Source: Flavobacteriaceae bacterium (GTDB taxonomy: Bacteria > Bacteroidota > Bacteroidia > Flavobacteriales > Flavobacteriaceae). Taken from it: DNA of 64,000 nucleotides. Every line of letters begins with the position of its first letter. Position 1 is the stretch's first letter. The translations under genes were made by a program, and so were the position numbers. The stretch is from the NCBI GenBank assembly GCA_030835845.1, contig JAUROD010000023.1:14051-78050 (forward strand), read 5' to 3'. The notes under the pieces are model-generated. The model did not search any database. It was not told the origin of the DNA and worked only from the letters and a program-made list of their open reading frames with translations. Shown here piece after piece: positions 1 through 10,815 of the stretch.

Positions 1-1185
1 AGTTCTTTCAAGAAGACCTCCAACAGATTGAGCAGTATTTACAAGGTCTTCTGCCATTTTACGATAGGTGGTCCATTTTCCACCCAGAATACTTACCAAT
101 CCAGTTGTACTTACCAAAATTTTATGGTGACGGGATATTTCTTTAGTTGCATTTCCACTTTCCTCAGGTGCAGCAAGTGGTCTTAAACCCGAAAACACAC
201 TCTTAATGTCTTTTCTAGTGGGAGAGTTAGTCATATATGCCCCCGCATTTTCTAATATAAAATCTATCTCCTCATCCAAAGCAATAGGCTCTATTAAGTG
301 GTCTTTTATTAATGTATCAGTTGTTCCAACTACTACATAATCATTCCATGGTACTGCAAATAAAACTCGTCCATCTGTAGTATGGGGAACCATTATTGCG
401 TGTGGACCATTTAAGAAAGATTTCTCTAACACAATGTGAACCCCCTGGCTGGGTACAATTAGTTTTTTACTTTTAGGTTGATCCATTTGAATTATTTCAT
501 CTGAAAAAACACCAGTCGCATTAATCACTACTTTAGCTTCTAATAAAAACCTTTCACCATTTAGTTTGTCCTCAGCTTCAATCCCTTTAATCATATCGTT
601 TTCTTTTGTCAACCCAATCACTTCCATATAATTGAGGATTGTAGCGCCATGATTTTCAGCAGTTTGTGCTAAACTAATTGCCATTCTTGCATCATCGAAT
701 TGACCATCGTGGTAGATTACACCACCTCTTAGCCCTTCTTTTTTTACATTAGGAATTAATTCGATTGTTTGATCACGATCGATAAGCGTTGATGGTCCAA
801 GTCCTAAATTACCAGCCATCATGTCGTATATTTTCAATCCAATTCCATAAAATGGAGAGTTCCACCAGTCATAAGAAGGGATTACAAAACTAAGATCTCT
901 GACTAAATGGGGAGCATTTTTACGCATAACTCCACGTTCTTTAAGTGCTTCAATTACTAATGAAATGTCACCATTTTGTAGATAACGCACCCCACCATGA
1001 ACTAGTTTTGTACTCCTTGATGAAGTTCCTTTAGCAAAATCATATTTTTCGAGTAATAAAGTTTTATGACCCCTGCTTGATGCGTCGACTGCAGCACCAA
1101 GCCCTGAGGCACCACCTCCTATAATAATTAAATCCCATGCCTTTTTCCTGGAGCGAACTCTTTCTATGTGTTTATGTCGATTCAT
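1..1185 (-). CDS. glpD: FAD-dependent glycerol-3-phosphate dehydrogenase/oxidase (3' end outside the window)
   Basis: Not in the ORF track. Manual translation from ATG at 1185 gives MNRHKHIERVRSRKKAWDLIIIGGGASGLGAAVDASSRG...KGTSSRSTKLVHGGVRYL, the GlpD FAD-binding signature; directly downstream of glpK. Confidence 0.93.
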   Translation of the reverse strand, partial: MNRHKHIERVRSRKKAWDLIIIGGGASGLGAAVDASSRGHKTLLLEKYDFAKGTSSRSTKLVHGGVRYLQNGDISLVIEALKERGVMRKNAPHLVRDLSFVIPSYDWWNSPFYGIGLKIYDMMAGNLGLGPSTLIDRDQTIELIPNVKKEGLRGGVIYHDGQFDDARMAISLAQTAENHGATILNYMEVIGLTKENDMIKGIEAEDKLNGERFLLEAKVVINATGVFSDEIIQMDQPKSKKLIVPSQGVHIVLEKSFLNGPHAIMVPHTTDGRVLFAVPWNDYVVVGTTDTLIKDHLIEPIALDEEIDFILENAGAYMTNSPTRKDIKSVFSGLRPLAAPEESGNATKEISRHHKILVSTTGLVSILGGKWTTYRKMAEDLVNTAQSVGGLLERT

Positions 1186-1190
1186 TTAGC

Positions 1191-2657
1191 TTATAATACT
1201 TTTTGAATACGTTTTTGCCAAAGGCTTATAATTGTTTTAGTGTCCTTATTTTTCTCTGGAATAAATCGTTTATCTTCTTTCCAGATTTGTTTTAATTCTT
1301 GTTCATTTTTCCAGAAGCCAACAGCTAAACCTGCAAAAAATGCAGCTCCCAAAGCTGTTGTTTCTGTAGTTTTTGGACGAATAACTTCCTTGCCTAAAAG
1401 ATTAGCTTGAATTTGCATGAGTAAATCATTATTTGTTGCACCTCCGTCAACTTTAAGAGACTTGAAATTAGCTCCAGCATCTTTTTGCATTTCGATGATA
1501 ATGTCGCGTGATCGAAGTGCTATTGCTTCAAGTGCTGCTCTTGCAATATGACCTTTTTCAGTACCACGGGTAATTCCCATAATTGCTCCTGTCGCTTCAG
1601 GTTCCCAATAGGGTGCACCTAGTCCAGATAGAGCAGGAATAAAGGTAACACCTCCATTATTTTCAACAGATTGTGCAAGTGTCTCACTTTCCTCAGCGCT
1701 AGCAATAAGTTGAAGCTGGTCACGAATCCATTGAATTAGAGCACCTGCAATAAAAACACTCCCTTCAAGTGCATAAGTTACTTTGCCATTTAACTTCCAA
1801 CCGATTGTTGTTAACATTTTATTTTTTGATTGAACAGCTTTCTCACCTGTATTCATTATGCAAAAACAACCTGTTCCATATGTGTTTTTAAGATCACCTG
1901 GTTCAAGACAAAGTTGTCCAAATAGGGCAGACTGTTGATCTCCAGCAATACCACTAATAGGAATTTCAAATCCAAGCAAAGATGAGTCTGTGTGCCCAAC
2001 AATTTCAGAGCAACTAACCACAGATGGAAGTAATTTGCTAGGTATATTTAATAGTTCTAGAAGTTCTTTATCCCAATCTAGATTGTGGATATTATAAATT
2101 AGTGTCCTACTGGCATTAGTGACATCAGTTGTATGCACCCTTCCATTTGTGAGCTTCCAGATTAACCATGAATCGATGGTTCCAAACGCCAATTCACCCG
2201 CTTCAGCACGTGTTCTAATTGATGGATCGCTGTCTAAAATCCATTTTATCTTAGTTCCTGAAAAATAGGCATCTAATACTAGACCTGTTTTTGCTAAAAA
2301 TAAACCTGCATGCTCCTTTAAGTCTTCGCAAATATATGCCGTACGACGGTCTTGCCATACAATCGCTTTGTGAACAGGTATTCCTGTTTTGCGGTCCCAA
2401 ATTAATGTTGTTTCACGCTGATTTGTAATCCCCATTGCTGCGATTTCATCAATTGATATGCCAGGAGTTTTTAGCACTTCAAATATTGCTTTAAACTGTG
2501 TTTCCCATATTTCATTTGCATCGTGTTCGACCCAACTTTCTCTTGGGAAATACTGTGGAAATTCATGTTGTGAAATTCCTTTTAGTTGACCACCTTTATC
2601 AAATAAAATAGCACGAGAACTTGTTGTTCCTGCATCGATAGATAGAATATATTTCAT
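1191..2657 (-). CDS. glpK: glycerol kinase
   Basis: IDAGTTSSR, GITNQRETT, WQDRRT, GDQQSALFGQ, KNTYGTG, YALEGS motifs. Start moved to the ATG of MKYILSID (2657); the track's longer N-terminus overlaps the upstream gene. Confidence 0.95.
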   Translation of the reverse strand: MKYILSIDAGTTSSRAILFDKGGQLKGISQHEFPQYFPRESWVEHDANEIWETQFKAIFEVLKTPGISIDEIAAMGITNQRETTLIWDRKTGIPVHKAIVWQDRRTAYICEDLKEHAGLFLAKTGLVLDAYFSGTKIKWILDSDPSIRTRAEAGELAFGTIDSWLIWKLTNGRVHTTDVTNASRTLIYNIHNLDWDKELLELLNIPSKLLPSVVSCSEIVGHTDSSLLGFEIPISGIAGDQQSALFGQLCLEPGDLKNTYGTGCFCIMNTGEKAVQSKNKMLTTIGWKLNGKVTYALEGSVFIAGALIQWIRDQLQLIASAEESETLAQSVENNGGVTFIPALSGLGAPYWEPEATGAIMGITRGTEKGHIARAALEAIALRSRDIIIEMQKDAGANFKSLKVDGGATNNDLLMQIQANLLGKEVIRPKTTETTALGAAFFAGLAVGFWKNEQELKQIWKEDKRFIPEKNKDTKTIISLWQKRIQKVL

Positions 2658-2724
2658 AAAAAAATTAAATTCGAAATCCTGTGGATTGTTGTTCTTACAA
2701 TGTATTAAAATTAATAATTGATTC

Positions 2725-3114
2725 CTAGTCTTTCTTTTTTTCCCAATCCGAACTATAATGAAAAAAGAAATTAGCCCAAATGATTTTGGATAGTGCATTT
2801 AGATAAGGAGCTAAAATAACTACAGCAATGATTATGGATGTGAAGGTAGTTATCAATAAAAACTCACCTAATAAAAGATAAGATAAAAGAGTTATCGCAA
2901 TCATTACAGCCACACCTAGCGCATAAGCTACATACATGGACCCATAATAAAAGCTAGGTTCAAGACGGTACTTAAGTTCGCATTTTGGACAATTTTTACG
3001 GACAGAAGTGTAAGCAGAAAAATCATATACGCCTTTTTCTAGAAATTCACCTTGATGACACCTAGGGCATTTGATGGTAAGTATACTTTTAAGCTTGGAT
3101 CCTTTTTTTAGCAT
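2725..3114 (-). CDS. DUF983 family membrane protein
   Basis: KCPRCHQG...CPKC zinc-ribbon pair, EPSFYYGSMYVAY, two hydrophobic helices. Confidence 0.8.
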   Translation of the reverse strand: MLKKGSKLKSILTIKCPRCHQGEFLEKGVYDFSAYTSVRKNCPKCELKYRLEPSFYYGSMYVAYALGVAVMIAITLLSYLLLGEFLLITTFTSIIIAVVILAPYLNALSKIIWANFFFHYSSDWEKKKD

Positions 3115-3117
3115 GAA

Positions 3118-4086
3118 TTAGTATGGATTAACTAGGTTGTTGATGTTTTTCTGATCCCTATACTCCATATATGAAAACCCATCATGAATACTTCTAGAGC
3201 CAACATTCCCATTTTTATCAATTGCAATGTATGCTACTTGAAAATTAGGGATACCTTCTTCTTTTGAGACAATTCTTCGAATAGCTTCATCACAGGCTTG
3301 TTGAGGTGTATATCCTTGACGCATGAGCTCAACAATTAAAAAACTTCCAACAGTTTTAACAACTTCTTCTCCCATTCCAGTAGCCACTGCTCCGCCAACT
3401 TCATTGTCTATAAATAATCCAGCACCTATAATTGGGGAGTCGCCAATTCTTCCTTTCATTTTGTATGCTAATCCGCTTGTGCTACAAGCACCACTTAGGT
3501 TACCTTGTTTGTCAATACACAAAATTCCTATCGTGTCATGATTTTCAATATTTATAATTGGCTCATAGGCGGCTTCTTTTTTCCACTTTTCCCATGCCTT
3601 TTTGGATTCTTTTGTAAGCAGAACTGTCGAGGGATAGTTTAATGATCTAGCAAAACTTTCTGCACCCTTCCCTGTAAGTATTACATGGGGAGTTTTTTCC
3701 ATAACATCACGTGCAAGTGACGCAACATGAACTACATTTTCAACAGCTAATACAGCACCACAATTTTTTTTGTGATCCATTACACAAGCATCTAATGTGA
3801 CATTACCCTCTCTGTCTGGAGCTCCCCCAAAACCAACTGTCGAATTCGCAGGATTGTCTTCTTCAACCTGAGCACCCAAAATCGCTGCGTTGAGTGAGTC
3901 CATTCCCTTTTCAAGAGCCTTTCCTGCCACTTCATTTGCTTCTTTAAAATTCCATGTGCAAATTGAAATAGGAAATTTGTTTTTTGACGTCGGTTTTATC
4001 AATGAATTAGTGAAAAATTGTTTGGGAGTAATTAGTGGAAAAGCCCCAGCAAATATAGTACTGTTTAGAAAAGTTCTTCGTTTCAT
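3118..4086 (-). CDS. aspG: N(4)-(beta-N-acetylglucosaminyl)-L-asparaginase (glycosylasparaginase, Ntn hydrolase), Tat-exported
   Basis: Autocleavage site ENHD/TIG, GRIGDSPIIGAG, VGFGGAPD, ATGMGEE; N-terminal MKRRTFL twin-arginine motif. Confidence 0.88.
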   Translation of the reverse strand: MKRRTFLNSTIFAGAFPLITPKQFFTNSLIKPTSKNKFPISICTWNFKEANEVAGKALEKGMDSLNAAILGAQVEEDNPANSTVGFGGAPDREGNVTLDACVMDHKKNCGAVLAVENVVHVASLARDVMEKTPHVILTGKGAESFARSLNYPSTVLLTKESKKAWEKWKKEAAYEPIINIENHDTIGILCIDKQGNLSGACSTSGLAYKMKGRIGDSPIIGAGLFIDNEVGGAVATGMGEEVVKTVGSFLIVELMRQGYTPQQACDEAIRRIVSKEEGIPNFQVAYIAIDKNGNVGSRSIHDGFSYMEYRDQKNINNLVNPY

Positions 4087-4258
4087 TATTAATATTGGTT
4101 AATACATTAAATCTATTTTTTTCTTTTTTTATCTATATGTTTTTATAAGTATTATAAAATCAATACTTTTCACCTATGGTTGTTTGTATTAAAAAAGACA
4201 ATTTTTATTTGTACAACCAATGTAACTAATTTATTAAAATATACTAATACCTTTAAGT

Positions 4259-4516
4259 ATGAAAACATCCAAGAATATAACTTATTGGAAAACCAATTTA
4301 TGGTACCTAGCCTCACTCCTAAGTATTTGGTTTATTGTCTCTTTTGGTTTCGGAATTTTATGGGTTGATACCCTAAACGCAATACAAATTGGTGGGCTTA
4401 AGTTAGGGTTTTGGTTTGCACAACAAGGATCAATTTACGTGTTTGTCATCTTGATTTTCGTGTACATTAGGTTAATGAATAAATTGGATGAAAAATTTTC
4501 TAAAAAGGAAGAATAA
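4259..4516 (+). CDS. DUF4212 small membrane subunit of acetate-type symporter
   Basis: YWKTNL and LGFWFAQQGSIYVF motifs; overlaps the start of the following SSS gene. Confidence 0.88.
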   Translation: MKTSKNITYWKTNLWYLASLLSIWFIVSFGFGILWVDTLNAIQIGGLKLGFWFAQQGSIYVFVILIFVYIRLMNKLDEKFSKKEE

Positions 4517-6177
4517 TGGATTTACAATATTGGATATGGATTGCTGTTGGACTTAGTTTTGCTTTGTATATAGGGATTGCAATTTGGTCTCGAGCATCAT
4601 CAACTAGTGAATTTTATGTTGCAGGATCTGGGGTTCACCCGATAGCGAACGGAATGGCTACTGCTGCTGATTGGATGTCAGCTGCTTCATTTATCTCTAT
4701 GGCAGGGATTATCTCATTTAATGGCTATGATGGGTCTGTTTATCTAATGGGATGGACTGGAGGGTATGTTCTTTTAGCCTTATTACTTGCCCCATACCTT
4801 CGAAAGTTTGGAAAATTTACTGTACCAGATTTTATTGGTGATCGTTATTACTCTAATGCTGCGAGAGCAGTTGCAGTTTTTTGCGCACTACTTGTTTCGT
4901 TTACCTATATTGCTGGACAAATGAGAGGCGTTGGAGTTGTTTTTTCTCGTTATTTAGAGGTAGATATAAACACTGGTGTATTTATCGGAATGGCAATTGT
5001 TTTATTTTATGCTGTTTTAGGAGGAATGAAAGGGATAACCTATACTCAGGTAGCACAATATTGCGTCTTAATTTTTGCTTTTATGGTGCCTGCCATCTAC
5101 ATATCATTTATAACTACTGGTCATATTTTTCCTCAACTTGGTTTTGGGGCGACAGGGGCGGATGGAGTATATCTACTTGATAAATTAGATGGATTGCATC
5201 GCGAGTTAGGATTTCATGAATACACCCTTGGAAAGAAATCAACTTTAGATGTCTTTTTCATTACTGCTGCTTTGATGGTTGGAACAGCCGGACTTCCTCA
5301 TGTTATTGTGCGTTTCTTTACCGTAAAAAAAATGAGTGATGCGCGTCGCTCTGCTGGATGGGCTCTTTTATTTATAGCAATTTTATATACAACCGCTCCA
5401 GCAATTGCCGTATTCTCAAGAACCAACCTAATTGAGACTGTTAGTAACAAGTCGTATGATGAATTACCAATTTGGTTTAGTAAATGGGAATCAACTGGTC
5501 TTATTTCATTTGAAGATAAAAATAAAGACGGCTTAGTTCAGTATGTTGCCTCTCCCGAAATTAATGAATTGACTATTGATGCAGATATAATGGTTTTGGC
5601 TAATCCAGAAATTGCTCAATTACCCAATTGGGTTATTGCTCTTCTTGCTGCCGGAGCTCTAGCAGCTGCTTTATCTACAGCTGCTGGACTTTTATTGGTC
5701 ATTTCATCTTCGGTTTCACATGATTTATTGAAGAAAATAATTCTTCCTGAGATATCTGAAAAAGGAGAATTAATCTCGGCACGTATCGCTGCGACACTTG
5801 CGGTGTGTTTAGCAGGTTACTTCGGAATTAATCCACCAGGTTTTGTAGCAGCAACTGTTGCCCTTGCATTTGGTCTTGCAGCAGCCTCATTTTTTCCCTC
5901 AATTGTACTTGGAATTTTTGATAGAAGAATGAATAAAGAGGGTGCAATAGCTGGTATGAGTGTGGGGATTAGCTTAATGCTTTTTTATATGTTAAAATTT
6001 AAACTTGGATGGTTTGGTAGTGGAACTCCTGAGGAATGGTGGTTTGGGATTTCACCTGAAGGGTTTGGTGCTCTAGCAATGTTAGTTAACTTTTTCGTTT
6101 CAATTACCGTATCGAGAATGACTAAAAAACCATCTAAGGAGATTCAAGATCTTATTGAAAATATACGAAAACCTTAA
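4516..6177 (+). CDS. sodium:solute symporter, ActP/VC_2705-like cation/acetate symporter
   Basis: NGMATAADWMSAASFISMAG, GTAGLPHVIVRFFT; paired with DUF4212, acs nearby. Confidence 0.88.
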   Translation: MDLQYWIWIAVGLSFALYIGIAIWSRASSTSEFYVAGSGVHPIANGMATAADWMSAASFISMAGIISFNGYDGSVYLMGWTGGYVLLALLLAPYLRKFGKFTVPDFIGDRYYSNAARAVAVFCALLVSFTYIAGQMRGVGVVFSRYLEVDINTGVFIGMAIVLFYAVLGGMKGITYTQVAQYCVLIFAFMVPAIYISFITTGHIFPQLGFGATGADGVYLLDKLDGLHRELGFHEYTLGKKSTLDVFFITAALMVGTAGLPHVIVRFFTVKKMSDARRSAGWALLFIAILYTTAPAIAVFSRTNLIETVSNKSYDELPIWFSKWESTGLISFEDKNKDGLVQYVASPEINELTIDADIMVLANPEIAQLPNWVIALLAAGALAAALSTAAGLLLVISSSVSHDLLKKIILPEISEKGELISARIAATLAVCLAGYFGINPPGFVAATVALAFGLAAASFFPSIVLGIFDRRMNKEGAIAGMSVGISLMLFYMLKFKLGWFGSGTPEEWWFGISPEGFGALAMLVNFFVSITVSRMTKKPSKEIQDLIENIRKP

Positions 6178-6857
6178 CTTTGTTTAGTTTTCTGTACAAC
6201 TTTACGAATAATTTCAATGTCAGCTATAAAATCTTCATTTTCGAGATGTTCACTTGATTTTGCTGACATATGAAGTTCGCTGTATCCAGCCTCTGCGAAG
6301 TGTAAACAATTTTCTATTCCTATCCCACCACCGGGCATGATTTGTATTTTATCACCGTATTCTTTATTTAATTTATTTAAAAGAGGGAGACCATCAATGG
6401 CTTTTATTTTTTGTCCTGATGTCAAAACTCTTTTAAAACCTAACTCAATAAGAGTTTCTATCGCTCCAAAAGGGTCTTTTACCTCATCAAACGCTCTGTG
6501 AAATGTAATATCATTATGAATGCTTTTTGTGCACCATTTTTTGAGTAACTCAAAAGGAGGCATTTTATTTTGATTAAGAACACCAAGGACAATACCCTGT
6601 ATATTGAACGAATTTAGAATTTCAATACTATTTTCAATTTCCGCAATATCTTTGTGCGTATAAAAAAAATCACCTTTTCTTGGACGAATTAAGACATGCA
6701 CAGGTAAAGGACAAAATTCAATCACCTCTTTTAAGAGAGGGATTGAGGGGGTAATTCCATCATTTCTTAAATCAGTGCATAATTCAATTCTGTTTGCTCC
6801 TCCTTCAATTGCGTTTTTAACTGATTCAATACTACTGCTACAAACCTCAATAAGCAT
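6174..6857 (-). CDS. cutC: copper homeostasis protein CutC family
   Basis: IEVC, RIELC, GITPS, LIRPRKGDF, FHRAFD, VLTSG, MPGGG motifs. Confidence 0.92.
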   Translation of the reverse strand: MLIEVCSSSIESVKNAIEGGANRIELCTDLRNDGITPSIPLLKEVIEFCPLPVHVLIRPRKGDFFYTHKDIAEIENSIEILNSFNIQGIVLGVLNQNKMPPFELLKKWCTKSIHNDITFHRAFDEVKDPFGAIETLIELGFKRVLTSGQKIKAIDGLPLLNKLNKEYGDKIQIMPGGGIGIENCLHFAEAGYSELHMSAKSSEHLENEDFIADIEIIRKVVQKTKQS

Positions 6858-7071
6858 AAAAAAGTGTGATTTTGGTAAATGTAATTTAAAATTGAATTAA
6901 TTTTATTTCTACAAGAAGAGTTTTTACCAAAGAATAGAGATATTTACTTTGATTTAATAAGAGTTTCGTCTAATTGTCACATGTTTAGCTAATATTTTTT
7001 AATAAATTTATGATCCAATGATTATTAAACATTTAAATCCATAAACTTAAACAGAAACCATAATCAACAAA

Positions 7072-8886
7072 ATGGAACTTACAAATCTTGATTTGGGAAT
7101 CATTTTCACATTTTTACTTTTGACACTATTTATTGGTGTATATGTTTCAAGAAAATCCTCTCAAAGTACTGCAGAATATTTTCTGGCAGGTAGAAATATG
7201 CCATGGTGGTTGCTTGGTTTTTCGATGGTTGCCACAACATTTTCAACCGACACTCCGAACCTAGTTACTGACATTGTCCGTCAAAATGGAATTTCTGGAA
7301 ACTGGATTTGGTGGGCTTTTATGCTTACAGGTTTATTGACTGTATTTGTCTATGCAAAATTATGGAGAAGATCAAACGTTGCTTCGGATATGGAATTTTA
7401 TACGCTCAGATATTCAGGAAAGGCAGCACGTTTTTTACGATTATTTCGTTCCATTTATTTAGGCTTACTTTTTAACGTTTTAGCAATGGCAGGAGTCACT
7501 CTTGCGGCAATTAAAATCGGAAATGTTATGCTTGGATTGTCTCCAGTTGAAACAGTTGGTTATGCTGCTATCATTACGTTGTTTTTTAGTGCATTAGGAG
7601 GATTTAGAGGTGTCATTTATTCAGATTTTTTATTGTTTTCCGTAGCTATGATAGGTGCGTTCGGAGCAGCTTATTTTGTAGTGAATTTAGAACAAATAGG
7701 TAGCCTAGAAGCACTTTTTTCACATCAAAACGTACAAGGTAAATTAAACTTCATTCCTGATTTTAATAATTTAGACACACTGATTCCACTTTTTATTATT
7801 CCTTTATCTGTACAATGGTGGAGTTCTTGGTATCCAGGAGCAGAACCAGGTGGAGGTGGATATATTGCACAAAGAATGTTGGCAGCTCAAACCGAAACCC
7901 ATGCGATTGGAGCAACTTTATTTTTTAACGTTATGCATTACGCAATTCGTCCTTGGCCTTGGATTATTGTTGCTCTTGGTTCTTTAATTATTTTCCCTGA
8001 TTTGGCTAGCTTAAAAGCTGCGTTTCCAAATATTCCTCAAGACAAACTAGCTCATGATTTAGCTTATCCTGCGATGTTAACTTTTCTACCTGTCGGATGG
8101 ATTGGGCTTGTTTTAGCCTCACTAATTGCAGCATATATGTCCACGATATCTACTCATCTGAATTGGGGAGCTTCATACTTAGTTAATGATGTATACAAAG
8201 TATCCATTAAGCCAAATGCAACTGAAAAAGAGCTTGTTTTTGTTGGAAGGTTAGCAACAGTTGTTTTAATGTGTTTTAGTGTTCTGATTGCACTTTTACT
8301 CACTAACGCTGTTCAACTTTTCAATTACATTTTAATGTTTGGTGCTGGTACAGGTCTAATTTTTATTCTGAGGTGGTTTTGGTGGAGGATCAATGCTTGG
8401 AGTGAAATATCTGCAATGATTAGCTCAGGTATTCTTTCCCTTTTTTTTGGAACTTCATATGCTCAAAACATTCTTTTTTCTTTAGAGAATGGTCTTTTGC
8501 CATCGTGGGCAGAATTTCCACTAATTGTTCTTTTAACTTCAATTGTATGGATTAGTGTTACTTTTTTAACTCCACCAGATGATGATCAAACTCTTTTTGC
8601 GTTTTACAAAAAAGTACAGCCCTGGTCAAAAGGATGGATGAAGATAATCAATCGAGCAAAATTAAATAATATTGAAATTATAGATGATAATGTAACTAAA
8701 ACATTACCTCAAGGTATATCTTGTATGATTTTCGGATGTCTTTCTATCTACTCTACACTTTTTATGAGTGGAAATTTATTACAAGCAAATTATTTTTCAG
8801 CCATTTCAAATCTTCTTTTTGCTATCTTTTTTTGTTGGTTGCTTTTCAAAAAATGGAACCAGATGAATTCAAATAATAATAATTAA
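7072..8886 (+). CDS. sodium:solute symporter family protein, substrate unknown
   Basis: YFLAGRNMPWW, SMVATTFSTDTP, GGGGYIAQRM, AAYMSTISTHLNWGASY; many transmembrane segments. Confidence 0.88.
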   Translation: MELTNLDLGIIFTFLLLTLFIGVYVSRKSSQSTAEYFLAGRNMPWWLLGFSMVATTFSTDTPNLVTDIVRQNGISGNWIWWAFMLTGLLTVFVYAKLWRRSNVASDMEFYTLRYSGKAARFLRLFRSIYLGLLFNVLAMAGVTLAAIKIGNVMLGLSPVETVGYAAIITLFFSALGGFRGVIYSDFLLFSVAMIGAFGAAYFVVNLEQIGSLEALFSHQNVQGKLNFIPDFNNLDTLIPLFIIPLSVQWWSSWYPGAEPGGGGYIAQRMLAAQTETHAIGATLFFNVMHYAIRPWPWIIVALGSLIIFPDLASLKAAFPNIPQDKLAHDLAYPAMLTFLPVGWIGLVLASLIAAYMSTISTHLNWGASYLVNDVYKVSIKPNATEKELVFVGRLATVVLMCFSVLIALLLTNAVQLFNYILMFGAGTGLIFILRWFWWRINAWSEISAMISSGILSLFFGTSYAQNILFSLENGLLPSWAEFPLIVLLTSIVWISVTFLTPPDDDQTLFAFYKKVQPWSKGWMKIINRAKLNNIEIIDDNVTKTLPQGISCMIFGCLSIYSTLFMSGNLLQANYFSAISNLLFAIFFCWLLFKKWNQMNSNNNN

Positions 8887-8901
8887 CTCGATTTATTCAG
8901 A

Positions 8902-10815
8902 ATGAAAAATATTTATGACTTTCAGTTGAGATCAAACGACGAATTTAAAGCTGCACAGCTTGAGTCAATTCAAAATCCAAATTCATTTTGGGGGGAAATT
9001 GCAGAAACTTTTCAATGGCATTCCCCTTGGAATAGTGTGCTTAACTATGATTGGAGTATCCCAAAAACTGAATGGTTTGTTGGTGGTAAATTAAATATTA
9101 CAGAAAACTGCCTTGACCGACATCTACTTATTCATCCTGACAAGCTAGCACTAATTTGGGAACCCAATAACCAAAGAGACAAAACAATAAATTACACCTA
9201 CAAACAATTGTTTGATGCTGTATGTCAATTTGCTAATGGACTAAAAAACCATGGTATTAAAAAAGGGGATAGGGTCTGTATTTACATGCCTATGATTCCT
9301 GAGTTAACTATTGCTGTATTGGCATGTGCAAGAATAGGCGCAATTCATTCGGTTGTTTTTGCTGGATTTTCTTCAACAGCTCTTGCAGCAAGAATAAACG
9401 ATGCTAAATGTAATTTATTAATCACTTCTGACGGTTCTTATAGAGGAGACAAAGTCGTTCCTTTAAAAGAAATTGTTGATGTTGCTCTTGAACAATGTGA
9501 TTCTATCCAAAAGTGCATTGTTTTTCAACGAACTTTTATGGATGTTAACTGGGATGATAAAAGGGATATATGGTGGCATGACTTTGTTGAAGGTCTTTCT
9601 TCTCATTGTCCAGCAACAATTATGGATGCGGAGGATCCTCTTTTTATTTTATATACGTCTGGTTCTACAGGTAAACCAAAAGGAATGGTTCATACTTGTG
9701 GGGGATATATGGTTTATACCGCTTATACTTTTTTAAATGTATTTCAATATCAGCCAGAAGATATTTATTGGTGCACAGCAGATATAGGGTGGATTACAGG
9801 ACATAGTTATATGATTTATGGACCTTTATCAGTTGGTGCCACTTCTGTTCATTTTGAGGGAGTACCCTCATATCCAAATTGGAGTCGATTTTGGGAAATT
9901 TGTGAAAAATATAAAGTAACACAGTTTTATACAGCACCAACTGCAATTCGTGCTTTAGCAAAACAACCAACTAAAATTATTGAAGGCTATGATTTATCCT
10001 CCCTTAAAGTTCTTGGGACAGTTGGTGAGCCTATCAATGAAGAAGCGTGGAATTGGTATAATACATACATAGGAAAAAACAATCTCCCGATAGTTGATAC
10101 ATGGTGGCAAACTGAAACAGGTGGAATATTAATTTCCTCATTAGCTGGAGTTAGTCAACAAAAACCAACTTACGCAACCCAGCCCATGCCAGGGGTTCAA
10201 GTTGCTTTACTAGATCCAGACGGGAAAGTCATTCTAGACAAAGAAGCAGAGGGAATTTTAACTATAAACCATCCTTGGCCAAGTATTGCTCGTACCATTT
10301 TCGGTAACCATCAACGCTATAAAGAAGTATATTTTTCAGCATATCCAGGACGCTATTTCCCTGGGGACGGTGCTCTTCGTGATTCTGATGGAAATTATAG
10401 AATAACTGGAAGGGTTGATGATGTGGTTATAGTTTCGGGACATAATTTAGGAACCGCTCCAATTGAAAATGCAATTAATGAGCATTCTTCTGTGGTTGAA
10501 AGTGCTGTAGTTGGATTTCCTCATGAAATTAAAGGAAATGCATTAATGGCTTTTGTTATTTTATACAATGATGTGATTTATTCACCAGAATTAGTTGGTG
10601 AAATCCGTGATGAAGTAAATAGGCAAATAGGACCTATAGCTAAACCAGACAAAATACTTATTGTATCGGGCTTACCCAAAACTAGAAGTGGAAAGATAAT
10701 GCGTCGTATTTTAAGGAAACTTGCTGCAGGAGAAATAGATTCATTAGGTGATATTTCAACTCTTCTTAACCCTGAAATAGTAGAAGAAATTATTGAATCA
10801 CTATCTAAAAAATAA
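8902..10815 (+). CDS. acs: acetyl-CoA synthetase (acetate--CoA ligase)
   Basis: YTSGSTGKPKG, DTWWQTETGG, PKTRSGKIMRR motifs. Confidence 0.96.
   Translation: MKNIYDFQLRSNDEFKAAQLESIQNPNSFWGEIAETFQWHSPWNSVLNYDWSIPKTEWFVGGKLNITENCLDRHLLIHPDKLALIWEPNNQRDKTINYTYKQLFDAVCQFANGLKNHGIKKGDRVCIYMPMIPELTIAVLACARIGAIHSVVFAGFSSTALAARINDAKCNLLITSDGSYRGDKVVPLKEIVDVALEQCDSIQKCIVFQRTFMDVNWDDKRDIWWHDFVEGLSSHCPATIMDAEDPLFILYTSGSTGKPKGMVHTCGGYMVYTAYTFLNVFQYQPEDIYWCTADIGWITGHSYMIYGPLSVGATSVHFEGVPSYPNWSRFWEICEKYKVTQFYTAPTAIRALAKQPTKIIEGYDLSSLKVLGTVGEPINEEAWNWYNTYIGKNNLPIVDTWWQTETGGILISSLAGVSQQKPTYATQPMPGVQVALLDPDGKVILDKEAEGILTINHPWPSIARTIFGNHQRYKEVYFSAYPGRYFPGDGALRDSDGNYRITGRVDDVVIVSGHNLGTAPIENAINEHSSVVESAVVGFPHEIKGNALMAFVILYNDVIYSPELVGEIRDEVNRQIGPIAKPDKILIVSGLPKTRSGKIMRRILRKLAAGEIDSLGDISTLLNPEIVEEIIESLSKK

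Noticed and set aside
2658-2798. N-terminal extension of GlpK in the ORF track
   Set aside because: Overlaps DUF983 and precedes the conserved MKYILSIDAGTT start.
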